A stretch of 64,000 bases of DNA from Podospora anserina (lineage: Eukaryota). The notes below the pieces were generated by a model. It was given only the letters and a program-made list of their open reading frames with translations, did not search any database and was not told the DNA's origin. The stretch is taken from NCBI GenBank assembly GCA_017654855.1, contig CM030334.1, forward strand, positions 372,001 through 436,000, in the 5' to 3' direction. Of this stretch, positions 12,901-24,079 are shown piece after piece. The stretch's first letter is position 1. Every line of letters starts with the position of its first letter. Position numbers and translations under genes: made by a program.

Positions 12901-13274
12901 ACCTCATGAGGGACCCGACGTGGCGACCAACTGGCTCAACTGGCCAAAGCCAGTCGAGAGAACATTACAAGCGACCCGTTATACAGCTCATCCCGCCAGA
13001 CGCCATCCTGGACGCTCTTCGTAGGCTGCCACCCTCAACTTTGACTGCAACTGATGTGCCATCACAGCCAACTTCAACAACGTCAACAGATCCTGTACCG
13101 ACAACGTCATCAGCAGCGATACCCTGGACAAGCTCAACAACCCCTGGTCGAGACGCAGACCTAGATGGCCAGAACAAGAAGAAGAAAAGAAAAAGGCCGA
13201 GGATGGAAAGCGACCCGGATTGGATCCCCGGTCAAACCGATGGGGAGACCGAGCCAAGTACTCGGAGAAGGTGA
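9996..13274 (+). CDS. Large hypothetical protein (~1090 aa): coiled coil, Thr/Ala-rich linker, folded central domain, acidic tail, basic NLS-like KKKKRKRPR
   Basis: Uninterrupted 3.3-kb ORF. True start uncertain (ATG 9996 or 10335). Confidence 0.7.
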   Translation: MPITLPRSRREEVTVPAMEKLAPVHCPLRAETDTPDIHGNRGLARHGLGAANRWGTTPDQLVKADWGWTRWRWLPHPAPVTPYSVSHQLRILKPPKAGISSSFRTWRRSTNSFMDVLSKSRDWDADVTQTKKSRYLSHYDTSFVPGWARDLESDVQIMRDRFNEVITRLREEKEVGKDGRPTSSRVLNNWLNTARRVQVPGTGNIVVSGTTSSISPGTRTTPVPGRQHHEPRTPSDQTDPDPSNPEQDESSTTLVESPNAEPPLQLVLRAIRNELVLIKDAYQDLNDKFTRYHRLATQGGHQRGLESESEGSNEEPQAPEPPGQALGPTTPAVTSQTDQILPPLAQSMTWRNKHLEPQEAKCEQQAKRQQRVIDHLLDRVKALSREKSPNETSSILPNNSADTSMTTAASPLQTASQANTGAPGTQPLTGQPGGSAAIGKMVEEKMRQFLGIAATTAQAQDANVASTGQVQASNTAPTSVHVETAAGSTATSTNTPPQGTAAQDPDITQALAILAQALSTTAIQVPVTGTAPNGTASAGIIAAAQEPNKTRVLAIIRNALAATGTGAPPTATVTTTQTVSTGADAPSHAVVNAATNTEDPKTPPPTTERVIVRGQEQIHALFRSLRLQTRQFSYSAAFQLDSPMLFETDVQKKNREKPFCPPELWERLNRDQRANRICQLIFMWLWRQILRPGVESFGVKPVTAEPESSERGSQEEIATPFQRLSRAIAPLGDKIFRTLSPVIQFEFSRNEYLVRRRIWKLCHDAALLKMMFREGPGKQMRVEVPGAHGDQTAENKWMERGFDDLTHALPFQHWVRVIDLEKSTGKRAIVCVPFGALTMVEDGKKVVLERAWIVGNANEGSGLFVLQRKSPEEVKRTGPGTEHEEPNELDSGETEDRDETEDACETEHTGDEEMTGETAKPVETETISEGPKPDERQKPTNITQQSEVIVISSEDADGDESESESEHDDLMRDPTWRPTGSTGQSQSREHYKRPVIQLIPPDAILDALRRLPPSTLTATDVPSQPTSTTSTDPVPTTSSAAIPWTSSTTPGRDADLDGQNKKKKRKRPRMESDPDWIPGQTDGETEPSTRRR

Positions 13275-13500
13275 ACCTGAAGTTCAGAGGCCATCAAAGA
13301 AGCCGCGAGAAACACAAGAGGACGATGAGCTGTGATGACGATGTAGGGTGGTTTAGAAAGGGTTCCCTGCACAGGGCCACGGCTGGAAACACTAAGGAAT
13401 TCACACCTCTAATTCAAGGCATCTTGTTGCTGTTTACTGAAGTTGTCACATACAAAGCAAAGAGAAAAGATGGTGCGGAAAGAGTGGGTTGATTCTTGAA

Positions 13501-13710
13501 CAGGTTGATTTTCGATCAGGTTGATCTGATTTCGATCAGGTTGATTTGATTTCGAACAGGTCAATTTTCAAGCTGCTTGGTTCGATTTCAAGACGCTTGA
13601 TGTGATCTCGACCTGCGTGATTTGATCTCAACCCGCCCGATTTGATCTTGACCAGCTTGATTTGATCTTGAGCTGATTTGCTCGCAGATAGCTGGTGATT
13701 TGATCAAACT
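13501..13710. repeat. Degenerate 20-bp-period minisatellite built from TTGAT/GATC units
   Basis: caggttgatctgatttcgat (13517) and caggttgatttgatttcgaa (13537); then ttgatgtgatctcgacctgc (13597), gtgatttgatctcaacccgc, ccgatttgatcttgaccagc, ttgatttgatcttgagctga. Confidence 0.8.
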
Positions 13711-14451
13711 CTGACCCATAGACCCCCTCCATCTGATCTGCCCACAAGTATTTAATTCAGTCCTTGCTCTCTCTCTTTCTCTCTCTTCCTCTCTCTTCCG
13801 GAGCTTTTGCTTCTCCCCCCCACCGCACTCACCAAAAGTCGCTCTTTTCAAGCGACTTTTCCTCCTTGACTCCCTTTCAAGACTTCTGTTTCATCCCCCA
13901 CGAGCATCAGCAAGCTTGTTTGCTGCCTATGATCCACTCTATGATGGCCGAGCTCCATGGCGATGGCATGCCTTTCTCCTGCGCGATCATCACAGTTGTG
14001 TATACCAAGGCAAGCGTCTCTGCTCTTCCCAGCGCTCTTTGTGCGGGTGAGTAGGTGAGCTCCGGCTCACTGTCCTCCCCAGGCATATCGTAGCCTCTCA
14101 GCTTGTCCTGTGGGCAGGCTCAGGGGTTGTGGGATAAAACGCCCCTCCTATGGAGAGGGCAGAAACACAGGCAAACATTCTTGGTGATTCGATACAGCGC
14201 CGGTGGTTGCAAAGGTTTTCTCTCTGGCCGATAGGTCTTCGCGCTGCCCCTGCCTGCCTTCCGTCATCTGCTCGAAAAGGCGGTTGGTGTGTAGATTGTT
14301 TAGTTCATTGCTTAATGGGCAGAGGCGCTTGGGACACCGGTCCGACGAACGCGTAAAGGATCCGCGTGATACTGAAAGAACGCCCCCTCCCATGTTTACT
14401 GTTGCCGTCTTGCCAGCATGTTTTTTGCTGACTGGGATCTAGCTCATCACA

Positions 14452-14792
14452 ATGCCAGCCCCAACCCATCCACCCCAGATTGCGCAATACATCATCCCGA
14501 CCGCCGTCCTGCTCGACCGCCAAAAGCAACGCGATCATGAGAAAGAGAGCAAGCCGCACTGGACCGCCAGTTCCGAGGGCGCCAGATGGCACGCGAAATG
14601 AAGCTCGCCGAAGTCAAAACCAAGGAGAAGACCGCCGAAACCGAGAGACACACCGAGAGGCACCGTGTCATGTCAGAAATCGACACCAAGACTCACGACC
14701 ATGCTTTGGTCGTTCGATGTGTAGCTTTCGGGGCACTCGGTCTGTTTTGTTTGTTTCTTCTGTGGCTGGGGAAATTGGCGATGATCTGGTGA
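14452..14792 (+). CDS. Possible small tail-anchored coiled-coil membrane protein (frameshift near 14545, or start at 14586)
   Basis: cacaATG at 14452. Charged helical segment, then C-terminal hydrophobic stretch VAFGALGLFCLFLLWLG in the 14586-14792 ORF. Confidence 0.35.
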
Positions 14793-16353
14793 TTGATGGA
14801 AATGGTATTGAAGGGATTGTTTGGTGCACCAAGAAAGACAAGAACAGGAAATGACGACTGTTGATTTGCTGGGCCACAGTTATGTTGTGACGGGTTTTCG
14901 ATGAATGCATGTCTGTCAGATATCACGGGGTGGCATGAGAGTGGTTCGAGTGACATGATTGCCTTTTGTTAAGAGGGGCAGTTTTTGCACACAAAAAAAT
15001 AGGCTCGACTAACAGCAGCAGATGGCACCTTCTGGGCAGCCCGTGCCTGTTGCCGGCAGTGCCTGTTGCCAGTGACAGCAAAGTTGCCGAGTGGAAGAGG
15101 GGAAAGTGCGTGACAGCAATTGAACTTGACAGCAATCGGCTGATGCCTGACAGGAGTTGAGGGAAGGCAGTTGCACTCGAGGCAGGAACAAGCAACCGAG
15201 TCGGTGGCGGGACGATACGCGAGGCTTGGAGGGATGGTAGTGAGGGAGGAGCAGTGCAGTCGGTTGCTGTCAGCTGGAGACCTGTCCCTGAGGTGGCTCG
15301 GGTCAGCAGTGACAAAGCAGGCAGGCATTCCTGGAGCTGTCGGGTGGGGCAGTGGCTGTTTGAAACATCACGACAATTCGTGTCCACGGTTCCTGCCGAT
15401 CACCTCCGTCCAACTTGTCAAAACACCTCCATGCCGCAGTGGGCTCCAGATTCAAACCCAGTCTCCGGACGCCAAGCCCCGCTTGAGTCCGGACATCCCG
15501 GCCGGCCCCATTCTGGAAGGTTTCCCTCTGCTCGGCCTTGGAAGTTGTGATTGCGACCCTAACTGCATTGCGCCTCTGCTGCCTGCAGTTGGTTCTTGCT
15601 CTCACTTTGGCCTCATTTCTTCTCAATTGTCAACTGATAGCGGAAAATAATGAACCTCTCCAAGACCTATCGCATCAATAACCTCAACTCGGCCAAATAA
15701 TACCCCATGAACATGCACCGACGACGGAATCCGGATAGACCCCCGCTGCGGGCGGCAGCCCTACCGACCATACTACCGTTGCCAAGGATCACAAGCGATG
15801 CACCGTTGAACCCCATGCCTGTACCTGACGCTATTCCCCGCAGCACATGGTACCGAATGCTTCCGGTTTGTTTCGTTTTCACCTCTGGAGGGAAATGCGA
15901 CCTTGACATGCGATCTGCTGGGCTCTGGTTCGCCTGCAATCCCAGCCGGTTAATATCAAGCCCGCATTGAATGCCACAACACTTTCGCCCTCTGTATCCA
16001 TGCACGCTTGGATGCAGATCGGACGAAATCTCTATTTATGCGACCCATGGTTCATCTCAAAAGACTCCCCTGGAACGGGCGACTGACTGGAAAGATGAGA
16101 TGGTAAATCGCCCCCCTCGCTTTTACCTTCCCCATTTCTTCTTCTTTTTGTTGATAGCTTTTTTCTCCCCCCCCTACCCCCCCCCCCTTTTTTTTTTAGG
16201 GGACTAACTCTTGTTTTTGCCAACCTCGTGGAACCTGATGGCGGCATATCGGTAGTGGCCGCCTCACAACCACATCGATTCGGCCAAATGTCAAGACGTT
16301 TGGCATTCCACACCAACCAAACCGGGACGACCACATCAGACACGGGTATATGA

Positions 16354-17663
16354 ATGGAATCGAGAGGAGGCATGGAACACACGGTCAGGCCGTTCTCGAT
16401 CACAGATCGCGGGCCTCCGCTGCTTGCCATTGATGCAGCTGCTCTGGGACTCGCCCTGATCGCCACGCTTTTACGATGTTATGTCCGCATACGACTCGTC
16501 CGCGCCTTTGGCGTTGACGACTGGCTGATGGCCGCAGCCATGATCACCTTTTCGGCCTACTGTTCTTTTTCCATCGCCGGCGTCACCTACGGTACCGGAC
16601 AGCATATCGAGGATCTCCCCCCAGAAAACAATGCGACCGCCAAGAAGGTTAGTTCGTCCCATCTTTAACTCTCTTCAAGGCGTCCAAAAACTGACAAAAC
16701 ACAGTGGTGGTGGTGTTGCTATCTAGCCTACTCGGCCACCATGATCCTCTCCAAGCTCTCCATCGCCTACTTCCTCTTGCGCGTCACCATCAGCCGAGTC
16801 CACCGCTGGATCATTTACTTTTCCGCCATCATTACCGTTGCCAGTTGCGCCACCTTCTTTTTCGTGTCACTCTTTCAGTGCTATCCAGTGTATCATTTCT
16901 GGACAAAGCACATGGACCCCGACGGCGGGACTTGCATCGACATGCAGGTTGTGATTGGCCTGGCCTACCTCTTCAGTGCCATGAGCATCATGTCGGACTT
17001 TACATTCGCTCTTTTACCAGCATGGATTGTGTCACATTTGAACATGCGGACACGGACAAAGGCTGCCTTGATCACCCTCATGGGATTGGGTTGTTTGTAT
17101 GTTTGTTGCATTCCGACTTTCTTCTCGTCTGCTAACTGTTCGACAGAGCCAGCGCCGCCGTTGTTGTTCGCCTCCCCTATATGCACCACATTGCCAGCGA
17201 GGACTTTCTCTACGACACCACCGATATTGCCATTTGGTCCACCGTCGAGCAATGCCTGGCCATCACGGCCGGTTGCCTCGCCACACTGCAACCCCTGGCC
17301 AAGTCCATTGGCTACAGGCTAGGACTCACTACGCGTCCGAGCCTTCCCCTCAGCAACAGCGCCTACAAAATGACGGGTGGCGAGATCTCAGTGAGGAGGT
17401 CATTTACCAGAAGAACAGAGACCTTCTCGTCGTGCGCCGTCAACCTGCGAGGCATCCCACTCGAGGAGGGTGGTCTGAAGTTGCAGCCGGGAATTTCGGG
17501 GTATACCGCCATGTGTTATAACACGAGCGGTGCGGGCAGCCAAGAGGAACTGAGACCAAGTGAAGTCGACAGGCCGGAAATAGGGGGTTCGGACCCGAAC
17601 CTCAAGGAAGAGGAGGTAATTGCTGTCACTGTAACAGTCAGGGCAAAGGAAGGGAGCCCATAA
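16354..17663 (+). CDS. PTH11-like integral membrane protein (fungal rhodopsin domain, no CFEM)
   Basis: LRCYVR...FGVDDW, GTGQH, KLSI, FQCYPV, SDFTFALLP and W-ST-E motifs. Introns 16648-16704 and 17097-17146 restore one frame. Confidence 0.9.
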
Positions 17664-18528
17664 TCTTGCGGTGTTTACTAGGGGCTTTGGATAGAATTTC
17701 AACGTCAGCAAATGACTGTACAACAATTGAAAAAAGATATTGCACACTGGATTCTTGCAGCCACTGCAGTCAGACGATGTCGGCTCATGACTTGGTTCGC
17801 TTCCACATGGAATAATTGTTCACTTTCGGAATAGGGAACGAGTTTCTTTGTCATCAGGTTGCAGGCGGTGCGGTGTTTGAAGAGAAGAAATATATCTTAC
17901 CGTACTAGGCTGGACCTGGGTCTGCTGTCTGGTGGTTTGATTGCACATGAAGGCTGAGTACGATGGCATCTACAATTCGACAAAACTGCAGCATTTTGTA
18001 TTCAAAACATTTCTACATGTTAGGTCTTCATATCTTCATTTGTTACTGCTTACTATGAAGCTCACAATGATTCATAATGGTTTGAATGAACATCATTCAC
18101 CCGTTGCGTTGGAAAAGGGGGTGAGCCAGAATGAATCATCACAGTTGCACGAGCGACCAACCTGCATTATCGGGGGTATAGGTGATCACGGGCTACGATT
18201 TTGCAATTGCTTATCGTTTCTATTCCCGCACTTCAAAAGTGGTCAGAGAAAACTCTTACCAGCTTTTGTCTATAGACCAAGCTTGATAGCAGGCAGGTTT
18301 GCACACTGCACTGGGCGAGATTCAAGTCCAAAATTGTGACCATGTCCCCACATGCAGGCACCAAGCCAACAGCCCAGCCGACAAGTAAGTGGCTTCCTCA
18401 CTTCACCTCACCCAATCAACACCAAAGTACCCGGCAGTAAAACACGTCGCAAACTCGCAACTTTTTCTTCCCAGGAAAGCAGCGTCACTCATCTTACCCT
18501 GCAATCCTTCTCAGCTCCAAACACCACC

Positions 18529-19611
18529 ATGACAACACAATCCACCACCACCCCTACCGCCCTCCAAATCCCCGAAATCCTCTCCCAAATATTCCTCCAC
18601 CTCCCCCCTCTCGACCTCATCACAAGCACCACCCGCGTCTCCCGCCTCTGGCACTCCCTCCTCGATACCGACCCCCTCCTCCAGCGCCACCTCTTCTTCT
18701 TCCCCGACCCCGCCTGGACCACCTACCCGTCCTTCATCCCCTCTCCACGAAAAATCAACCCCTTCTTCAAGACTGTCTTTTCCCTGTTCTTTCACCCCGC
18801 CTTTCTGGGTGAGATGGGTGTCTTTTACGCCGCTCGGGCTTCACAGCCTCATTCGAATGGCAACCCACAAGAGGGAAGGCTGGCGCATTGGAGTGACGAA
18901 AAGAGAGAGAGGATGCTGAGAAAGGGTGCGAGCTGGAGGAGGATGGGCTGCTGGAGGGGGGTGCACACCAGGATGGGGTTTATGGAGAGGGAACCGTCCG
19001 GGGGGGTGGTCACTGTGCGGGAACAGGCTTATTGCTTTGTGAAAAGGGACGAGGGGGGCGGGTATGGGCATGTCTTGACGATGGGGGACTTTTACGACTG
19101 GATTATTGAGGCGTTGGGCACCGTTTCAAAGACGTTGAAGACGAGTGGGCATAATGAGGATCTCAACATGATGGTGTGGGTTATTATCTGGGGGCAGAAG
19201 CTGGGCGGTGGTAGTTACGAGAAGGGTGTGGAGGCGTTTTCTCACTGCCGAATGGTTATCTTGAGAAATGGTGACAAGATCTCGGAGGATGAGCAGGATG
19301 AGATGACAAAAGATGGTGCCGCAAACCGAGCGGAGAGGGAGGGACGTGATGCGGAGCATCTACATCAAGAGCGCCAAGGTTTAGCTACGATGATGGACTG
19401 TTATGTCGGGCTGGAATGGCGATTCCGGATGCTTTACATGCCACGACCAGACGCAGTGGAAAGCAGAGACAGTCGGGTGGATATCCGAAAGTTCATGAGC
19501 GCTGATGGACGTGATGGCTTCCGGACGGTGAACGCACTCGTTCCAGGCCTGGGTCGTTATCACTCCGCATGGGTTGGAGAACCCTCGATTGGCCATCTAT
19601 TGGTGGGCTAA
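18529..19611 (+). CDS. F-box domain protein
   Basis: N-terminal ALQIPEILSQIFLHLPPLDLI...RVSRLWHSLL...LQRHLFF; accATG at 18529. Confidence 0.8.
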   Translation: MTTQSTTTPTALQIPEILSQIFLHLPPLDLITSTTRVSRLWHSLLDTDPLLQRHLFFFPDPAWTTYPSFIPSPRKINPFFKTVFSLFFHPAFLGEMGVFYAARASQPHSNGNPQEGRLAHWSDEKRERMLRKGASWRRMGCWRGVHTRMGFMEREPSGGVVTVREQAYCFVKRDEGGGYGHVLTMGDFYDWIIEALGTVSKTLKTSGHNEDLNMMVWVIIWGQKLGGGSYEKGVEAFSHCRMVILRNGDKISEDEQDEMTKDGAANRAEREGRDAEHLHQERQGLATMMDCYVGLEWRFRMLYMPRPDAVESRDSRVDIRKFMSADGRDGFRTVNALVPGLGRYHSAWVGEPSIGHLLVG

Positions 19612-19794
19612 CCGTTCAGATACTGGGGGGAAATAGCATACAAGTCCAGAGAGGTTGGGACATGGATGGGATGAATGATATTGGATGATAACTATATTTG
19701 AAGGTTTTTCGAATGGCTAGTAGACGCAGTCGACAAATGTGTGGAAGGTGGGCTAGATTCCAGCCATACGTCCATCCCTTTCACCGGTCCGCAC

Positions 19795-20878
19795 TCACCA
19801 GTTGTGCCAAATAGCATAATCAGTGCCGAAAGCAAACGCATCAACGCGATCAGGCCCCCAGGAAGCAACAGCCGGCTTGCTGACTAGAGTCCCACCAAGG
19901 CTTCTCCACGGTCTCCAAGCGGTGCCGTCCCAGTATCTATGCCACAACGCGCTGTCAGTTCCAATGACATAGACATCCAGCCTGTTGGCCTGGTCCGAAA
20001 CCACAACAGGCGTAAACTCCAACACACCACCCAAGCTCTCCCAGCCTGCCCATCTCCGCCCATCCCACCACTTGTGAATCAAGTCCCTCTTCGCACCAAC
20101 AGCAAAGACATCGATCCTATTCGGCCCCCAAGACACCGCCACAGGGTCGGAATGCAGAGTCCCGCCGAGATTCTCCCATCCGCTGTTCCATCTGCTCCCA
20201 TCCCACCACTTATGCTGGAGAGAAGAGTCCTGAGCCGAGACGGCAAACAGGTCAAGACGGTTGGCAGACCAAGCAGTCGTCGAGGTGGGACCCTTCATGC
20301 GACCGCCCATCGACTCCCAGCCTCCCCATGCGCGCCTGTTCTACCATCTATGCCAGATGGCCGAATCCTTGCCTTTGGCAAACACATCCAGACGGTTGGG
20401 ACCCCAGGCCACGACGGACGGGTCACCCTCGATCTGGCCTCCAAGATCCTCGAAGCCACCCCAGCTGCGGCCATCCCACCACTTGTGGCTTTTATCACAG
20501 CGTAAGCATGTGTTCACAAAGGGGGAAAATAAAAAGCCCACACATGAGTGAACTGTTGACCCCAACAGAGAAGAGATCGAGCCTGTTGGGACCCCACGCA
20601 GCGGGGATAGGTGAAGAGGTGAGCTGTCCACCAAGGAACTCCCAGTTATTCCACGAGCGGCCGTCCCACCAACGGTGCCACATGGCGCTGTCGAGCCCGA
20701 CGCCAAAGAGGTCGAGACGGTTGGGTCCCCAGGCGACGACAGAGGGAGCATAGGGGGCAAAAGTTCCACCAAGGGACTCCCAACGGCCAGGGACCGTGAG
20801 ACGGGGAGAGAGATTGCCGGGGTGGGCAGAAACGAAGGAGAGGCTTGCGCCCAGGAGGAGAGCGGTGGCGGAGACCAT
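19795..20878 (-). CDS. Secreted seven-bladed beta-propeller lectin, PLL-like (fucose-binding type); single in-frame TAG at 20341-20343 (pseudogene or edited gene)
   Basis: Signal peptide. Seven repeats of P-x4-WGPNRLDxF...WHxWWDG..W..WE-LGG. Intron 20543-20489. Blade 3 reads WHRW-TAG-NRRAW. TATAAAA on the minus strand at 20965-20971. Confidence 0.85.
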
Positions 20879-22141
20879 CTTCGGGAAGCTTGAGGCTGGA
20901 ACTATGGCTTACTCGAGCCGGTGTGGATGGAAGGAGAGCCCCTTGGATGAGCTGTCGGAGGGGATTTTATAGATGGCAAAACATCGCGAGACTCGCCATG
21001 ACGGTGGTTTTAGTGAATATGGTCGTCTCAATGCGGACCCAATGTTCAAGACCCTGCAACAAGGTGCAAGCTGAGGTGAGTCTTTGAGGAACGTTGATTA
21101 ACCCTGCATGGCGGTGAAATCCCCGAATTCTTAAAGTTGGGGTCTTTCATGACGAAGTTGTGCTGGCATGCTGACCCTATATTGTCTCTGTCGGACAAAT
21201 TGGACTGGGGGAAATTCACTCATAGAGCGGTCGAATACAATCAGTCACACAAGCCTTGGGAAAGCGAGACAGAGCTTTGTCAGCCACACATACCTTACCC
21301 ATTCATATATTGGAAGCACAAATCTTGAGTCACCTGCCTATGATTATGAGACTGCTACTTGCCATACTCATGACTCGTGTCGACACCATGATGCGGCGAT
21401 TCATCGGTTGCTACAATAGCACGAGTATTCCAGCAGGATGATCAGTATAACAAGATGGAGTCGTGATCATTCAATCATGTAAAGGTTGGTGGAGCTGGGC
21501 GGAGTTGACAATGGCTGCGGACAAAGAGGAGAAAAGACTGCAGCGTGACATCAGGCGTGATCCTGGCATCCCCAGGTCACACACACCTTTGGCTGTTTCT
21601 AGCACCATCACCGACCGAGGCAGCATTGGATCGCTGATCAAGCCACTAAACCGTTGCAATCTCACAACCCCGCAGATCTTGTCTCAGAGCAGGAAGACGC
21701 GCCAAGTGTCGCCAAGAAACCTTTTCCAGTTGAAGATGGCCCAACAAATTTCGTCTTGTTATGAGCGTCATCATCCAGCCAAACCGAACACGAAATGCGA
21801 ATTCATCAGGGACAATGCAGCTTGCTAAAACTTTGGGTGAGGGAAGCCATTGGACAAGGCGAAAAAACGGATCCGATTTACCCCAGAAAGCTTGGATCTA
21901 ATGCGACGAGATTGGCAAAACGCCGCTGATCACCCCCCTGTTCAGGCATAACTTCGCAGCATCTCAATGAGGAGAGCATCACCGACCAGGGCAGTACCAA
22001 GCCCCTGGGAAGCGCACATGTCACGATGTTGCATGTGCTTTCTTGCGGACACAAAATCCTCGGCAACCCCTCAGACGGGAGACTGCAGACAGCAGCATCC
22101 TCTCCTCGGCTGCCCCCTCTCACCACCCTCCCCGCTCTGAC

Positions 22142-24079
22142 ATGTTTCTCCAACGTGTCCTGGCCCTCGGGGCTGCATGTGCAAGCCTCAGCCTCGTTCG
22201 CGCCGTTGACCTCACGGGCTACGAGTACGTAGTAGTTGGTTCCGGCGCAGGAGGTGGCCCTCTGGCTGCGCGTCTTGCCCTTGCCGGTCACAAAACACTC
22301 TTGATCGAGGCCGGCGACGATCAGGGACAGAGCATCAACTACACCGTACCAGCATACCATGCACGAGTATCCGAAGACCCCAAGCTTGCTTGGAACTTCT
22401 TCGTCCGTCACTATGCCGACGACGAACGCCAGGCAAGAGACTGGAAGACCAGCTACGACACACCAGATGGCACCATCTACTCTGGCCTCAACCCTCCTAA
22501 AGGGTCCAAGATGAAGGGTGTTCTCTACCCCAGGACTGGATCACTTGGCGGGTGCACTTCGCACAATGCCATGGTGGCCGTGTATCCTCACGAGTCTGAT
22601 TTTAACTACATCAGCACCCTTACGGGGGATAGCTCATGGCGGCCCGACAATATGCGCAAGTACTTTGCCCGGATGGAGAGGAAGCAGTATATCAACGGTC
22701 TTTACAAGGGACATGGAAGAGATGGTTGGTTCACCACCGAGGTTGCCCCCCTGACCATTCCCCTCAAAGATCCTCAACTGCTGGCCACCCTGACCGGCGG
22801 TGCTTCTGCCCTCGGAAGCCTCAGCAACCAGATCTTGAACGTCGGCACTCTTCTCGCAGGCGACCTCAATGCGGACAGCAGTCTCCGTGATAGACAGCCT
22901 GCCTACTACCAGATCCCCATCAGCACCGACAAGGGAACCCGTCTCGGAACCCGCGAGTTTGTCGTCTCCGTCCGGGACGCCAAGAACCCTGACGGCAGCA
23001 AGAAGTACCCTCTCGATGTTCGCCTCAATTGCCATGTCACCAAGGTCATCTTCGACAAGAAGTCTTCCCCTCCCAGGGCCATTGGTGTGGAGTTCCTCGA
23101 CGGCGCCTACCTCTACCGCGCCAGCCCTCTGTCCACTGGAGCCAAGGGAACCCCCGGGTCTGCCCGCGCCTCGAGAGAGGTCATTCTCGCCGGCGGCACC
23201 TACAACTCGCCCCAGCTTCTCAAGCTCTCTGGCATTGGCCCCAAGGACGAGCTCAAATCTTTCAACATCCCCGTCCTCGTCGATCTTCCTGGTGTCGGCG
23301 CCAACCTCCAGGACCACTACGAGACGGCGGTGACAGCCCGCGCTCCCCGTTCCTACAACGCCCTCAAGGACTGCACGTTCCTCTTCAACACCACCGACGA
23401 CCCCTGCCTCGACAAATGGCAGCGTCCCATCCTCGGTGACCGCGGCACCTACGCCTCCAACGGCTTCGCGGCCGCCATGCTCTCCAAGTCCACCACCACC
23501 CCGGACGGCTCCTTCGACACGTTTGTCTTTGGCGGCCCGGTCAACTTCCACGGGTACTACCCGGGCTACAGCTACGCCGCCGTTGCCGAGTCCGACCTCT
23601 GGACCTGGGCCGTCCTCAAGGCTCACCCCCGCAACACGGCCGGTTTTGTGCGCCTTCGGTCCGCCGACCCGTTGGACGTGCCCGAGATTAACTACAACTA
23701 CTTCGACACCGGCAGTGGAGACTGGAGGGCGGATATCCAGACTATTGTTGAGGGTATTGAGCTCGCGCGGGAGGCGCTGCGCAAGCAGCCTGTCCGGACG
23801 AACGAGATTCTCCCTGGTGCGGGGACGAATACGAGAGAGGAGCTGGAAGCTTACATCAAGGATACTAGCTGGGGTCATCACGCCAGCTCGACCTGCCCTA
23901 TTGGTCCTGACGGTGACCCGATGGCCGTGCTGGACAGCAAGTTCCGGGTCAGAGGCGTGAAGGGGTTGAGGGTGGTCGATGCTAGTGTGTATCCCAGGAT
24001 TCCGGGAACATTCACTGCTGTGTCGACCATGATGGTGGCCGAAAAGGCTGCGGATGACATTCTGGCCGAGGCCAACTGA
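22142..24079 (+). CDS. Secreted GMC oxidoreductase (CAZy AA3 / choline dehydrogenase-like)
   Basis: Signal peptide. FAD motif VVGSGAGG; LGGCTSHNAM; NSPQLLKLSGIG; VGANLQDH; catalytic HHASSTC; GLRVVDASVYP. Confidence 0.95.
   Translation: MFLQRVLALGAACASLSLVRAVDLTGYEYVVVGSGAGGGPLAARLALAGHKTLLIEAGDDQGQSINYTVPAYHARVSEDPKLAWNFFVRHYADDERQARDWKTSYDTPDGTIYSGLNPPKGSKMKGVLYPRTGSLGGCTSHNAMVAVYPHESDFNYISTLTGDSSWRPDNMRKYFARMERKQYINGLYKGHGRDGWFTTEVAPLTIPLKDPQLLATLTGGASALGSLSNQILNVGTLLAGDLNADSSLRDRQPAYYQIPISTDKGTRLGTREFVVSVRDAKNPDGSKKYPLDVRLNCHVTKVIFDKKSSPPRAIGVEFLDGAYLYRASPLSTGAKGTPGSARASREVILAGGTYNSPQLLKLSGIGPKDELKSFNIPVLVDLPGVGANLQDHYETAVTARAPRSYNALKDCTFLFNTTDDPCLDKWQRPILGDRGTYASNGFAAAMLSKSTTTPDGSFDTFVFGGPVNFHGYYPGYSYAAVAESDLWTWAVLKAHPRNTAGFVRLRSADPLDVPEINYNYFDTGSGDWRADIQTIVEGIELAREALRKQPVRTNEILPGAGTNTREELEAYIKDTSWGHHASSTCPIGPDGDPMAVLDSKFRVRGVKGLRVVDASVYPRIPGTFTAVSTMMVAEKAADDILAEAN

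Noticed and set aside
13501-13710. CRISPR-like array
   Set aside because: Eukaryotic context, contiguous degenerate units without unique spacers, and no cas genes.
14900-16350. Many overlapping 60-160 aa ORFs on both strands
   Set aside because: No motifs, splice structure or codon bias; probably the upstream regulatory region of the PTH11-like gene.
22634-23881. 415-aa ORF antisense to the GMC oxidoreductase
   Set aside because: Shadow ORF expected from strong C-ending codon bias of the sense gene; no recognisable motifs.
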